In this document: positions 30,368 to 40,620 of the stretch, piece after piece
How the letters are laid out: every line of letters starts with the position of its first letter
Numbering within the stretch: position 1 is the first letter of the stretch
NCBI GenBank assembly: GCA_963752285.1
Contig: CAVVXN010000005.1
Span: 2,112,001-2,176,000, forward strand
Source: an uncultured Planctomycetota bacterium
GTDB taxonomy: Bacteria; Planctomycetota; PLA2; JAEUHO01
DNA length: 64,000 nt
Reading direction: 5' to 3'
The notes under the pieces: model-generated
The model's input: the letters and a program-made list of their open reading frames with translations, nothing else
Database searches by the model: none
What the model was told of the DNA's origin: nothing
Translations under genes and position numbers: made by a program

Positions 30368-31383
30368 TGCACCTCGCGTACCCGCCTCGGCTCGCGCTCG
30401 CGAACACGCCGACGCCCCTCGAGCGCCTCGCACGGACGAGCGAACGTCTCGGGATCGACCTCTTCGTCAAGCGCGACGACCTGACAGGCGCCGCCCTCTC
30501 GGGCAACAAGGTGCGGAAGCTCGAGTACCTCGCGGCGGCGGCGCGCGAGGCGCGAGCCGACACGCTCGTCACCTGCGGCGCAGTCAACTCGAACCACGCA
30601 CGGGCCACCGCCGTGGTCGCCGCTCGCCTCGGGATGCGCTCGCACCTCCTCCTGCGGGGCGAGAATCGCTCCCCACCCGACGGGAACCTCCTCCTCGACC
30701 GTCTCCTGGGCGCTGGGACGACCTTCATCCCGCTCGAGGCCTGGCCCGAGCGCAATGCGCGCATGGAAGAGATCGGGGCGGACCTCGCCCGACGGGGCCG
30801 AGCCGCGTACGTGATCCCGGAGGGCGGCTCGAACGCCCTCGGGGCCCTGGGCTACGCCCGCGCGTTTACCGAGATCCTTGGCCAGACGGACGCGAACGGC
30901 CGTCGCCTACGCCGCATCGTCCACGCGGCCGGTAGCGGCGGCACGACCGCCGGCCTCGCGCTCGGTGCGGCGGCCCTCGGGCGCGACGACGTCGAGATCG
31001 TGGGCGTAGCGGTCTGCGACGACCGCGCCTGGTTCGACCAGCGCGTCACGCACATCCTGGACGAGGCCGTGTCCCGAGGGTTCACCGACACGGCCGTTCG
31101 AGCCAGGTGTCGATGGACGATCCTCGAGGGCCACAAGGGCCGAGGCTACGGGCTCACCACGACCGACGAGATCCGAGGCCTCGCCCGGCTCGCCCGGACC
31201 GAGGGTTTGATCCTCGACCCGGTCTACACGAACAAGGCGTTCGGAGGCCTCGAGGCCCTCGCGAGGAGCGAGGCTTGGGATGGGCGCGAAGCCACCGTGT
31301 TCCTCCACACCGGAGGGATCTTCGGGCTCTTCGCGCACGCCGCATCCATCGAGCAGATCGCCGGGGACGACCTGTTCTCCTGA
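30367..31383 (+). CDS. D-cysteine desulfhydrase family PLP enzyme
   Basis: KRDDLTG...GNKVRKLEYL, SNHARA, PEGGSN, LDPVYT.KA, FLHTGG. Confidence 0.92.
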   Translation: MHLAYPPRLALANTPTPLERLARTSERLGIDLFVKRDDLTGAALSGNKVRKLEYLAAAAREARADTLVTCGAVNSNHARATAVVAARLGMRSHLLLRGENRSPPDGNLLLDRLLGAGTTFIPLEAWPERNARMEEIGADLARRGRAAYVIPEGGSNALGALGYARAFTEILGQTDANGRRLRRIVHAAGSGGTTAGLALGAAALGRDDVEIVGVAVCDDRAWFDQRVTHILDEAVSRGFTDTAVRARCRWTILEGHKGRGYGLTTTDEIRGLARLARTEGLILDPVYTNKAFGGLEALARSEAWDGREATVFLHTGGIFGLFAHAASIEQIAGDDLFS

Positions 31384-31408
31384 GCGCCGAGCCGGGTCGT
31401 CCGGGGGC

Positions 31409-32539
31409 TCAACGCCCGTCGGCCTCCGGCGGCGGCCGGGGATCGACGGGCGTGCTTCCGGGCTTTCCGACCGACCGACCGGGCCGCTCGCCCGGGTCTC
31501 GATCCTTCCGCCCCGGCGGTCCGCGCCGCCCGGCGGGCTTCGGCGTCCTCCCGACCGCCCGGAGCAACCACCCCGGTCGATCGAGGTCCAGCGTCGAGTC
31601 CGGGGGCGGCTTCGGAACGAGCACGTGGCCCGTCTTCACGTCGAAGAAGACCGGCTGGTCGGCCCCGTTGAAGCGCAGGAGCTCGAGGTCCCCCCTGTCG
31701 TACGAAACGTGACACGACGGGCAACCCCACGCGAGGTCGCGCAGCTCTCGACCGCTCCCGAACCGGTGCGGTCTCAAATGACAGAGATCCACGGCCGGCC
31801 GCTCGCAAGCGCCGAACTCACAAAGTCCCCCCGAGCGCGCGGCGATGCCCCGCTCCGTCTCCGCGGCGACCCCGCGATCGTGAGGGCGAAGCTCAGTCGG
31901 CGGCATCCGACGCTTGCGCGGACGGACCGCCGCCGGATCGTGAGCGAGCCGATAAGAAAGCGCGAGCACCGACAGGAGCTGCCCGTTGTCGAGCTGGCGC
32001 CGCGCACGACGCGACGCCTCGATGCGGCAGAACTGGAGGTCGTCGATCGTCTTTGGACCGACCTCGGCCCGAAACGACTTGACCCACTGCTCGGGACACC
32101 GCTCCCGCTCGGAGGCGATGCGCTTTCGCACGCGGCGCTCGACGTCCACGGCGCGCTTGGTCTTCGCCATCTCGAGCCAGGCGTCGTCCGCGAAGAGCAG
32201 GTGCGCCGGGTCCCGGTAGATCCGCCCGAGCGCGACGACGGACCGGAACGTGACCTCGCCTCCGCGGAGCGCCGCCTCCACGCCATCGAGAGCCTCGAGC
32301 GCGAACCCCGCAAGCATCAGGTCGTACGCACGCGACTCGTCGAACCCGAGACGCCCGGCGAGGCCCGGGACGGACGACGCGGCGTAGTAGCGGTGCGCGT
32401 TCTTCCGGTGCAGCCGCGCGTAGAGCTTCGCGAGCTGGATGTCCTGCTCGAGAACGCCGTCCCGCATGCCGCGGAGCGCCGCGACGGCCTCCTCGTCGGG
32501 CTCGGCTTCGAAAGAGCGGCGATCGACCCGGAACAACAT
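31409..32539 (-). CDS. HNH endonuclease-domain protein
   Basis: C-terminal CEFGAC...H.RP...G......L...CPSCH; long helical N-terminus. Confidence 0.7.
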   Translation of the reverse strand: MLFRVDRRSFEAEPDEEAVAALRGMRDGVLEQDIQLAKLYARLHRKNAHRYYAASSVPGLAGRLGFDESRAYDLMLAGFALEALDGVEAALRGGEVTFRSVVALGRIYRDPAHLLFADDAWLEMAKTKRAVDVERRVRKRIASERERCPEQWVKSFRAEVGPKTIDDLQFCRIEASRRARRQLDNGQLLSVLALSYRLAHDPAAVRPRKRRMPPTELRPHDRGVAAETERGIAARSGGLCEFGACERPAVDLCHLRPHRFGSGRELRDLAWGCPSCHVSYDRGDLELLRFNGADQPVFFDVKTGHVLVPKPPPDSTLDLDRPGWLLRAVGRTPKPAGRRGPPGRKDRDPGERPGRSVGKPGSTPVDPRPPPEADGR

Positions 32540-32712
32540 GACGAACAGAAACCTATCCGCCCCCCCCGACACTCCCAAGAGCCCGAGAATCAGGCCTCCG
32601 AGGAGCCCCACCCCAGGCCAGCACGGCTCCAACCCGCAGGCCCTCGCCACCGCGCCCCCCCCCACGCGCCTCTCCCAAGACTCCCTGGGAACCCGGGCCC
32701 CCCTTCGCTACG

Positions 32713-33255
32713 GTGGCCCTCCTCGGGGAGGGACGACCGGTGAGACGCGTGACAAGGACGCACAGCGCCCCTTTCGCGCTCGCGCTGCTGACGCTGCTGC
32801 TCCTCGCGGCGTGCGCGGCCGGACCGGGGAGCGAGTGGGCGAGGACCGACCCGCCCGCGGGCTTCTTCACCGGACTCTGGCACGGTCTGATCCTCGTCGT
32901 GGCGCTCGTGGTCTCGTTCTTCACCGGGACGGTTCGGGTCTACGAGACCCACAACGTCGGAACGGCTTACGACATCGGCTTCGTGCTCGGCACGATGCTC
33001 CTATACGGCAGCGGCATTCGCATCACGTTCCACCGCGCGCGCAGAAGGGGCCACGTGGTCGTCCACCCGACGAGCGACGACGTCGCCGGCCGCGTCGAGA
33101 AACGCGTTCGCCAGAAGCTCTCGGGCCTCCTCACCGATGACGAGCTCGATCAGCTCGGTGAGAAGGTGGTGCGTGACGTCCGCGCACGACTGCGCCGCTG
33201 GCTCGAGGACGACGAGGACGACCCGACGAGACCGCCCCCTACCGAACCCGGATGA
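32713..33255 (+). CDS. Hypothetical membrane lipoprotein
   Basis: LLAAC, AGFFTGLWHG, YETHN.G..YDIGF; start uncertain. Confidence 0.7.
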   Translation: MALLGEGRPVRRVTRTHSAPFALALLTLLLLAACAAGPGSEWARTDPPAGFFTGLWHGLILVVALVVSFFTGTVRVYETHNVGTAYDIGFVLGTMLLYGSGIRITFHRARRRGHVVVHPTSDDVAGRVEKRVRQKLSGLLTDDELDQLGEKVVRDVRARLRRWLEDDEDDPTRPPPTEPG

Positions 33256-33300
33256 CACCGACCGCACGGCCGCCCAGCAGCGCGCCCGCGGACGAGCCGG

Positions 33301-34470
33301 TCACCGCCTCGCCCCCTCCCGAAGCGTCCGCGCCCGCGCGAGGACCACGTCCCACCGAAACGCCGGCCCGGGGTCTACCTTGCGAACATCGACGTGCCAG
33401 TGCCCGAGCACGCCGGAGAAGCCCTGGCGCGCGGCGTCGGAGAGGACCGCGGTGTCGACGTGTCCCTCGGCGTCGCGCGGCGCGTCGAGCGGCATCTGCG
33501 GGAACACCACGGAGAGCGTCGCGAGGAGGCGCGCCAGCGCCTCGTACTGCTCCGGCGTGAGGTCGTACTGCCAGAGCCGCACCCCGTGGACGACCCCCTC
33601 GGCGATTCCGTCCGTCGCTGGCCGGGCCACGAGATCGGCCGGGAGCGCCCCCAACCGCACCCCGTCCGGGATCCGAAGACGCACGCCCGCCTCGTCCGGC
33701 ACGTACCACCGATCGAGCTCCGCGCGGTCCGGATACGCTCCGATGTTCGCGATCTCTACCCCCACGGACGCGTCGTTCGCGACGGTCGCGTGCCACGCGC
33801 GCTCCTTCACGTCGAGGGTCTGGTAGATCGTCCCGTCCACGTCGAGGAGGAAGTGCGTCGAGAGGCCGCGCACGTCGTGCAGGATCTCGAAGCATCGGGC
33901 GGACGTGCCCGCCGCGTCGTAGTGGAGCACCACCTGACGTACGACGTCCCGAAGGTCCGCGAGGCGCCAGCCCTGCGAACGCACCCGGGCCTCCACCTGC
34001 GCCGGGAGCCCCCGCCGGAGCGTCCCGAAGCGCATCGCCTCCGAGCCCGCCGACGGCAACGTCGTTCCGATCGCGAAGTGCCGCTCCGCGCGGTACGCGT
34101 CGTAGCCGCCCGGGTCGGTCCACAGGACGACCCGCGTCCCCGTGTGGAACAGGTGCCCGCACGCGACGATCTCGTCACCCCGCCTCACGAGCTCCGACCC
34201 CAGGGCCGCTTTCGTGTCACCGTGGACCGCGCGCTGCCCATTCGACGCCCGGGGCGCCGTACGTGTTGGGACCCCGCGAGGCGCAACGCTCCCCGGCGCA
34301 ACGGAGGTCGCGCGGGTCCCCGCCGACGAGGCCGCCCCCCCGCCGCATCGCGGCGCGCACGGCCGCCCCCGCCCGACGCAGCCGACGAGCGCGAGGACCA
34401 CGAGCAGACACGCCAGCGTGCACACGGGCGGACACGCAGGCGCGGACCGGACGAACGACGCATGGGGCAT
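33301..34470 (-). CDS. N-acetylmuramoyl-L-alanine amidase (Amidase_2)
   Basis: VVLHYD, LSTHFLLD.DGTIYQ, AWHA, SVGVEIAN, GHWHV...KVDPG. Confidence 0.9.
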   Translation of the reverse strand: MPHASFVRSAPACPPVCTLACLLVVLALVGCVGRGRPCAPRCGGGAASSAGTRATSVAPGSVAPRGVPTRTAPRASNGQRAVHGDTKAALGSELVRRGDEIVACGHLFHTGTRVVLWTDPGGYDAYRAERHFAIGTTLPSAGSEAMRFGTLRRGLPAQVEARVRSQGWRLADLRDVVRQVVLHYDAAGTSARCFEILHDVRGLSTHFLLDVDGTIYQTLDVKERAWHATVANDASVGVEIANIGAYPDRAELDRWYVPDEAGVRLRIPDGVRLGALPADLVARPATDGIAEGVVHGVRLWQYDLTPEQYEALARLLATLSVVFPQMPLDAPRDAEGHVDTAVLSDAARQGFSGVLGHWHVDVRKVDPGPAFRWDVVLARARTLREGARR

Positions 34471-34549
34471 CGAGCGGAGGATAGGGGCGAGGGCCCCCGG
34501 CCCGGCGGCGCGCTCCAGGCCGGAGGGGACGTCGGCCGATGAAGAGGCG

Positions 34550-35038
34550 ATGCGGCGCCTCCTCCCCAGCCTCCGCGTCCGCTTCCGCCGGCGGCTCCGG
34601 CGGCGAGTCGTCCTCGCGACGCTCGTGCTGGGCGCCGGCGGCGCGCTCGCGTGGCTCGCGCTCGTGCCCCGCTCCCTCTACGGCGGAGAGGTCTCGGGAA
34701 TCTACACGCACCTCTCGCTCGCGCCCGGGCGCTACTGGAGGCTCTCCAGAACGATCGAGACGAGCCTCCGCTTCGCCGACGACCACGGCGTCCGAAGCAC
34801 GGCGGGAGAGCCCACGTGCGAGGTGATCTGGATCGACCCGCAGACATCCGCGCTCTCGCGTTCGCCGCTCCCCGTGACGCCCGTCGTCGAGGACGGGAAG
34901 GCCCTGCGATGGGATCTCCGGCTCCACGTGCCGCGCGGCCTCTGGTTCTTCGGCGCGGCGATCCGCGGCACGTACCTGGACGGGACGGGCGCGTCCCACC
35001 CGATGGACTCGGAGCTCGGCGGCTACGCCCGACTCTGA
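34550..35038 (+). CDS. Hypothetical membrane-anchored protein
   Basis: ATG after GAAGAGG; Arg-rich N-terminus followed by a hydrophobic helix. Confidence 0.55.
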   Translation: MRRLLPSLRVRFRRRLRRRVVLATLVLGAGGALAWLALVPRSLYGGEVSGIYTHLSLAPGRYWRLSRTIETSLRFADDHGVRSTAGEPTCEVIWIDPQTSALSRSPLPVTPVVEDGKALRWDLRLHVPRGLWFFGAAIRGTYLDGTGASHPMDSELGGYARL

Positions 35039-35072
35039 TCCGGCGCGCGTCATGCCGGTCCAGCCGGCGCGG

Positions 35073-35128
35073 GTGGACCGCGCGGGGCCCAGTCGACGGA
35101 CTGAGCGGCAGGAGTCTGGCTTCGTGCG
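35073..35128 (+). repeat. Dispersed ~56-nt intergenic element, copy A
   Basis: GTGGACCGCGCGGGGCCC..TCGACG...CAGGAG...GCT.C.TGCG aligns with 37847 and 38630. Confidence 0.75.
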
Positions 35129-35140
35129 CCGGCCTCCGGG

Positions 35141-36316
35141 TCAGGGCCAGCGGACCCGACCGATCTCGCGCCACGGCACGACGTCGGCGGAGGAGCGGCG
35201 CTGACGCTCCGATCCTCCGTAGACGAGGACGCCAGGGCCTACGCGGCGGCTCCGCCCCAGGGCGTCCGGCAGCCGATCCAGGCCCGCGAAGGCGTCCGCG
35301 GCGATCGTCGCACCGGACTTGCACTCCACGCCGCGGATCTCCTCGCCCCCGTCGACGAGCAAGTCGATCTCGATCCCTCGCGTCTCCCGCAGGTGGAAGA
35401 GGGTGACCGACTGGCCGCGGTTCGCATGCGACTTCGAGACCTCCGCCGCGACCCAGCTCTCGAAGATCGCCCCGCGGAGCGGGTGCGTGCGGAGCTGGTC
35501 CACCGTCCGGATGCCGAGGAGCTGGCAGAGCAGCCCCGTGTCCAACCAGTGGACCTTGGCCGTCTTGACGAGCCGCTTCCGCGGGCTCCGCGCCCACGCG
35601 GGGACGCGGAACACGAGGAAGCTCGCCTCCAGCACCGACAGCCACGACCTCGCGGTGTTGTGCGACACGCCGGCGTCGGCCCCGAGAGCGGAGAGGTTCA
35701 GCTCCCGGGCCGTGCGCCCGGCGAGGAGGCGCATGAACGTGGTGAACGCCTCCAGGTCGCCGACGGCGAGGAGGCGCCGCACGTCGCGCTGTAGATACGT
35801 CGACACGTAGTCCGCGAGCCACCGCGGTGCCGGGATGCGTTGATCGTGGATACGCGGGAAGCCCCCGGCGAGGAGCGCGGGGAAGAGCTCGGTCGGCGCA
35901 CGAGGAAACCGTGCCAGCTCGTCGAACGCCAGGGGCAGGAGGTGGAGCACGGCCGTCCGGCCGGCCAGGGTCTGCGCGACGGATCCCGACAAGCCGAAGT
36001 GCTCGGAACCGGTGAGGATCCACCGGCCCGGCACCGGTCGTTCGTCCACCTCCGCCTGGAGGTAGGAGAGGAGCGCGGGAACGTACTGCACCTCATCCAG
36101 CACGGCCCCCGGGGCGTGCTGGGCGAGGAATCCGCGGGGGTCGTCCGACGCGTACGCGCGATCGTCGAGACGTTCGAAACTGACGTAGGCCTTCCGCGGG
36201 AAGACGTGGCGGCAGAGGGTGGTCTTGCCGGACTGCCGCGGACCGGTCACGGTGACGACGGGGTACGCGCGGGCCGCGCGCACGAGTACCGGAGCGAGGG
36301 CCCGGCGTACGTACAT
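35141..36316 (-). CDS. AAA ATPase with DUF4143-type C-terminal domain
   Basis: GPRQSGKTTL, LDEVQ, LTGS, GGFP, YLQRDVR, EIDLL..ECK. Confidence 0.9.
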   Translation of the reverse strand: MYVRRALAPVLVRAARAYPVVTVTGPRQSGKTTLCRHVFPRKAYVSFERLDDRAYASDDPRGFLAQHAPGAVLDEVQYVPALLSYLQAEVDERPVPGRWILTGSEHFGLSGSVAQTLAGRTAVLHLLPLAFDELARFPRAPTELFPALLAGGFPRIHDQRIPAPRWLADYVSTYLQRDVRRLLAVGDLEAFTTFMRLLAGRTARELNLSALGADAGVSHNTARSWLSVLEASFLVFRVPAWARSPRKRLVKTAKVHWLDTGLLCQLLGIRTVDQLRTHPLRGAIFESWVAAEVSKSHANRGQSVTLFHLRETRGIEIDLLVDGGEEIRGVECKSGATIAADAFAGLDRLPDALGRSRRVGPGVLVYGGSERQRRSSADVVPWREIGRVRWP

Positions 36317-36418
36317 ACACGGATTGCAGACTTACAATCGGTGAAAGTCCGAGATCCCGGCCTGGGGCGGCGCGTCCGGACGGCGCTCTGAAGCGGCGTA
36401 GACTCCGAAGCCAGGGAC

Positions 36419-37819
36419 ATGCGACGTCTGGTCTTGCTCCTGACCCTCGGCCTCGCGCTCTTCGGCGCGGGGGTCCTCGTGGGCCGCGCGATCCCCGGTC
36501 CGGCGCCGGACGGCGCGACGCGCCCGGCGACGTACGACGCCCCGGCCTTCGAGGAGCGGGCTCCCGCCGTGGCCCCCGATCCCGACAAGTCGCCGCCGCC
36601 AATCGCGGCCCCCCCTCCGCACGCCGAGCCCCCGGCCCCGCCGGCGCTCGAGGGCCACGCCCAGAGCCTCCGCGACCGGATCGCCTCCCTCGCGCGCCGC
36701 CACGCGAAGGAAATGGAGACGGAGGCGCCCCTCACGGACCCAGGGCTCGACGAGGCCATCCGGCAGATCGACCGAGGGCTCGCGAAGATCCGCCAGACCG
36801 AGCAGGAGGATACCGAGGAGGCGGTCGACGACGCGGCCTACGACCTCGCCCAGTACGAGGCTGCGCGGCACGCGATCGGCACGCTCGCGAGCGCGCGGTC
36901 CCTGGTGCTCCAGTCGCGCGGAGCGGCGGTCGAGCTGACGCGCCCCGGCGGGTCCGCGAGCGTGGTGAGCGACGTCCCGATCGACGTCCAGACGCAGCTT
37001 CGGCCGGGCGAGATCCCGACATCCTACGCAACGGTGGGCGTGGTCCCGCCGGGCCTGGTGCTGGTCGTGGAGCGGATCCGGCTCCGCGCGAAGTGCGGCA
37101 CGAGCAGCGGCTACCCGGGTTCCGTCATGGTGCAGATCGACGGCTCCGACGTCCTCGCGTGCCGCCACCACTGGGGAGACTACGAGGTCACGCTCGAGGG
37201 CTCGGCGGTCTTCCGTCCTCTCCGCGGCGAGATCCGGCTCGTCGCCTACGATTCGGTTGCCGAGGCGACGATCACCGCGCGGCTCGTCCCGGTGGACGAA
37301 GCGCCCGATTCCGAGCGGGCGAGCCTCCAGCTCACGGAGGCCGGGGCCGGCGTACGACATGCGGGCCCGGTGCTCCTCCAGGTGGCGAACTCGCGCGCCA
37401 ACCCGGTGTCGCTCGACCTCACGGGCGAGACGAGCCGTTCGCCGTCCGTCTACGAACCCTACCCGCCACGGTGGTCCGCGAGCTCGGTCTGGAACGCGAC
37501 GCCGCACACGTCCACGCCTCTCGTCCACGCCGAGGGGCAGGGCCCGGCGTGGGGCGCGCCGCTCCGCGCAGCGCGCGTCGAGTGGCGGATGGCGGCGCTC
37601 CCCGGCCGAGAGGCGGTCTTCGAGGCGTACGTGCGAGGCCGCGCGGTCGTCCGCGCGAAGGCCGAAGCGGGGGCCGAGAAGCACGGGACCTGGACGCTCG
37701 ACGAGGCCACAGCGAACGCGTTCGGCCCCGCGCGAGACGCCCACGGCCTGCCCTTCGAGGGAATCATCTGCCAAGGCTGCGTCGGCGAGGCGGTCTTCAC
37801 GCTCGAGCCCCCGCCGTAG
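36419..37819 (+). CDS. Hypothetical exported protein
   Basis: Signal/anchor helix, Pro-rich linker, 466-aa ORF with host codon bias. Confidence 0.7.
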   Translation: MRRLVLLLTLGLALFGAGVLVGRAIPGPAPDGATRPATYDAPAFEERAPAVAPDPDKSPPPIAAPPPHAEPPAPPALEGHAQSLRDRIASLARRHAKEMETEAPLTDPGLDEAIRQIDRGLAKIRQTEQEDTEEAVDDAAYDLAQYEAARHAIGTLASARSLVLQSRGAAVELTRPGGSASVVSDVPIDVQTQLRPGEIPTSYATVGVVPPGLVLVVERIRLRAKCGTSSGYPGSVMVQIDGSDVLACRHHWGDYEVTLEGSAVFRPLRGEIRLVAYDSVAEATITARLVPVDEAPDSERASLQLTEAGAGVRHAGPVLLQVANSRANPVSLDLTGETSRSPSVYEPYPPRWSASSVWNATPHTSTPLVHAEGQGPAWGAPLRAARVEWRMAALPGREAVFEAYVRGRAVVRAKAEAGAEKHGTWTLDEATANAFGPARDAHGLPFEGIICQGCVGEAVFTLEPPP

Positions 37820-37846
37820 GGACGCGCCGTTCGCGCCCGCGTCGGC

Positions 37847-37903
37847 GTGGACCGCGCGGGGCCCCATCGACGAGGCGAGCAGCGGAAGGACGGCTCCGTG
37901 CGC
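37847..37903 (+). repeat. Dispersed ~56-nt intergenic element, copy B
   Basis: First 27 nt (GTGGACCGCGCGGGGCCCCATCGACGA) identical to the copy at 38630. Confidence 0.8.
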
Positions 37904-37921
37904 TCGTCCGGACGCGCCGCC

Positions 37922-38560
37922 TCACCGGAACGTGGCGGTCACCTCGGTCCCCAGTCCGGCACAGCGTAGGCAACGCCGTCGGAGGGGTTCGCCCGAGGGT
38001 CCGGGCACGGTCTCAACGCCAGCGCCCTGGCACGCCGGGCAGGGCGTGTGCTCCCGCGGCCCGGCCTCGAACACATCGGTGTTCTCCGCGAAGTACGCGA
38101 ACAGCCACTCGGCTCTCGTCCCGGGATCCGCGCTCTCCCACCACTGATCCCGCGTGGGAGGGTTCGGCCCGTCGTACTCGGGGCTGGGCCGTCGCTCCGG
38201 CGTGGGCGGCGGGCGGGGTCCCACGGCGTGGACGACGAACGTGCCGCTCGAGTAGGAGGCGGTGATCCAGGTCCGGCGCGTGCTGGCCTCCCACCGCTCG
38301 CGCGCGCGGGCGGGGGTGACGCGCTCTTCCCCCGAGAGACGGTCCGCGAGGGCCGCGAAGGCGAGGTCCGACAGATCCCGACGCGCAAAGGACACGGCGT
38401 CCTGGATCGACCAGGCCTCCGGTGCTCGCGACGCCACCTGCTTCTGGATGAGGCCTCGCACGATCTGGGCAAACGCCTCGGTGGATGGGGAGGGCGCTTC
38501 CTCGCGCCGACCGCAGCCGGCAAGCAGCAGCGCAGTGAGGAGGACGCTGGTTCGCTTCAT
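37922..38560 (-). CDS. Lipoprotein with C-terminal DnaJ-type Zn-finger motifs
   Basis: MKRTSVLLTALLLAGC; CPACQGAG...CLRCAGLG. Confidence 0.75.
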   Translation of the reverse strand: MKRTSVLLTALLLAGCGRREEAPSPSTEAFAQIVRGLIQKQVASRAPEAWSIQDAVSFARRDLSDLAFAALADRLSGEERVTPARARERWEASTRRTWITASYSSGTFVVHAVGPRPPPTPERRPSPEYDGPNPPTRDQWWESADPGTRAEWLFAYFAENTDVFEAGPREHTPCPACQGAGVETVPGPSGEPLRRRCLRCAGLGTEVTATFR

Positions 38561-38629
38561 CCCGAAGACGTGGTTCGTCTCAGCGGCCCAGGATACTCGC
38601 GCGGCATCGATCGCGCTCACGGTGTGGTC

Positions 38630-38685
38630 GTGGACCGCGCGGGGCCCCATCGACGAAATGCGCGACAGGAGCCTCGCTCCTTGCG
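38630..38685 (+). repeat. Dispersed ~56-nt intergenic element, copy C
   Basis: Aligns with copies A and B; AGGAGC-CTC-GCTCCT hairpin. Confidence 0.8.
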
Positions 38686-38825
38686 GCCCCGAACGCGCCC
38701 GCGCGAGGGCCATCGGCGCCGAATCGGTCGGCTCCGAGCCCGCGCCCGAGAGACCCCTCGGGTGGAGGACCTCTTCTGTCGCGTGCTACCTTCCCGCGCG
38801 CGCGGTGCGGCGTGGAGGGATCGCC

Positions 38826-39561
38826 TTGAGGTCCGAAGCTGCGCGTCGTTCGTTCGTCTCTTCGGTGATCCTGTCCTGCTTCGGCCTGCTGGCCGGCTGC
38901 GGAGGCGGGTCGACGGGCCCGGCCTCGCTCCGCGTCGTCTCGGTCACGGGTCCCCTCCAGGCGAACGGCGAGACGGCATTCGTCGCGTCGGGGGACGGGT
39001 TCTCGGGCCCGACCGCGACGGTGCGCTTCGTCGCGGCGCGGGCACGCCCTTCCTCCACGGGACCTCGGCCGTGCTCTCGACGAGAGGCGCCGTCGACTCG
39101 GCGACGAGACTCAGCGGGATCCACGGCACGATGCCCCCCCTCGCCTCGCTCGCGGCCACGGCGTCGTCACCGAAGCCGGCGCCGGCGGCCCTCGCGCGCG
39201 GCGCCCTGACCGTGGGGACGGACGGCAGCGTGGCCGCCGTGATGTCGGTCCGGTTCGCGAGGGGGACACCAACACGCCGCCCGTCCTGTCCGCCCTGCTC
39301 CAGCACCCGAGCTCGCTGCTCGGCGACCCGGACTGGTACGTGGTCCTGTGGGACGGAACGTACGTGACCCGGCTCGACGTGGGCGACGCACGGATCGGCT
39401 ACGGAATCCACATGGACGACTCGATCGAGTCCCCGGTGGAGGACTTCACCGCCTCGGACGCCGGCACGTGGACGCTGACGCGAAGCGCACCGGCCCTTCC
39501 CAACGTGCAGTGGGGCGGCATGCCCTCGAGCCCGGTCCCGATCGTCTGGGCGAACTACTGA
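38826..39561 (+). pseudogene. Frameshifted lipoprotein gene
   Basis: GGAGG + TTG, LLAGC lipobox; protein-like sequence continues across frame changes to ...PIVWANY-stop. Confidence 0.5.
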
Positions 39562-39868
39562 GCTGCCGTTCGCGAGCGCGAGAGGAAGACCAGGTTCTCG
39601 AGGGCCGGCCAGGCAGCTCGAGCGCGATCGGAAGCGGGACCGAGCCATGGACCGCGCGGGCCCCCACCGGGACCGAACCGACGCGCACGCGCCCCGCGGG
39701 GTTTCGTTCCAGGGGGGCGCGGGGTCCCATTCGAAGGGGCCGCGGGGTCCCTCTTCAGGAGGCCGCGGATCCTCCTTCGGGACGCCGCCTCAACTCTCGC
39801 GACGCGCGCGCCTCCGGTCCGCGCCCGACCGCACCGGCGGTATCATCCCGCCCTCCGACGCCCGCCGT

Positions 39869-39945
39869 GTCCCCGTAGCTCAGATGGATAGAGCACCGGT
39901 TTCCTAAACCGGGGGTCGCAGGTTCGAGTCCTGCCGGGGATACCA
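39869..39945 (+). tRNA. tRNA-Arg (anticodon CCT)
   Basis: GTCCCCG acceptor stem, TAGCTCAG D-arm, CCGGT-TTCCTAA-ACCGG anticodon arm, GGTTCGAGTCC T-arm, encoded CCA. Confidence 0.97.
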
Positions 39946-40245
39946 CCTCGCGCTCCGCATGAAATGGCCCCGTGTGGGACGCTCAGCCGCCGCGTGCTCT
40001 CGACGGCGCACACCCCTCCGGTCCGCGGAACTTCCCGATCCACCCCCGATCAACGCCCGATTCCGGCGGCGTGCTGGTACGGGTGCTGGGACAGGGGAGA
40101 TCCCTACGTCCCGGATATTCTCCCCCATCAACGTCCGATCGGCACCGGATTCGCCGGGGCGTGAGAGGCTATTGAGGGCGGCCTCCCGGGGGCCGACCAC
40201 GCAGCGGATCACGGGAGCCAGCAGGCCGGCACGAGGTAGACCACC

Positions 40246-40620
40246 ATGGGGCATCTGCGGCTCGGGGAACTTCCCCGAACCAGGAAGTGGCAGCAGGTCG
40301 TCGCTCTCATTGATGGCGGCGCCGGCACCGCCCAGATCGCCACGGCAACGATCTCCGCCGCGGACAAGGGTCTCAATCTCGCCGGCGAGGATGAGGGCCT
40401 CGTCGAGACGATCTGGCTGCTAACGCAGCTTCCCTTGGCGGCTCAGTCGGACGACTTCGCCGGCGCTCTGCGCGATGCGGGGCTCGACGTCGGCGACGCC
40501 CCCACCCTGATGGAGGTCGTCGGCGCGATCTCGGACGCTGTCGATCGGCGGTTAGCTTCGAACGGGGGCGAACAGACCTCGGCGAGATGGCCGAGATGGC
40601 CGCGGCTGAGACCCTCACCG
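40246..40620 (+). pseudogene. Truncated, frameshifted hypothetical gene (MGHLRLGELPRTRKWQQVV...)
   Basis: Frame change near 40570 (continues DLGEMAEMAAAETL), then joins the AAA ORF. Confidence 0.55.

Noticed and set aside
35073..39690. Integron attC array
   Set aside because: No RYYYAAC/GTTRRRY ends, no intI, and genes lie in mixed orientation
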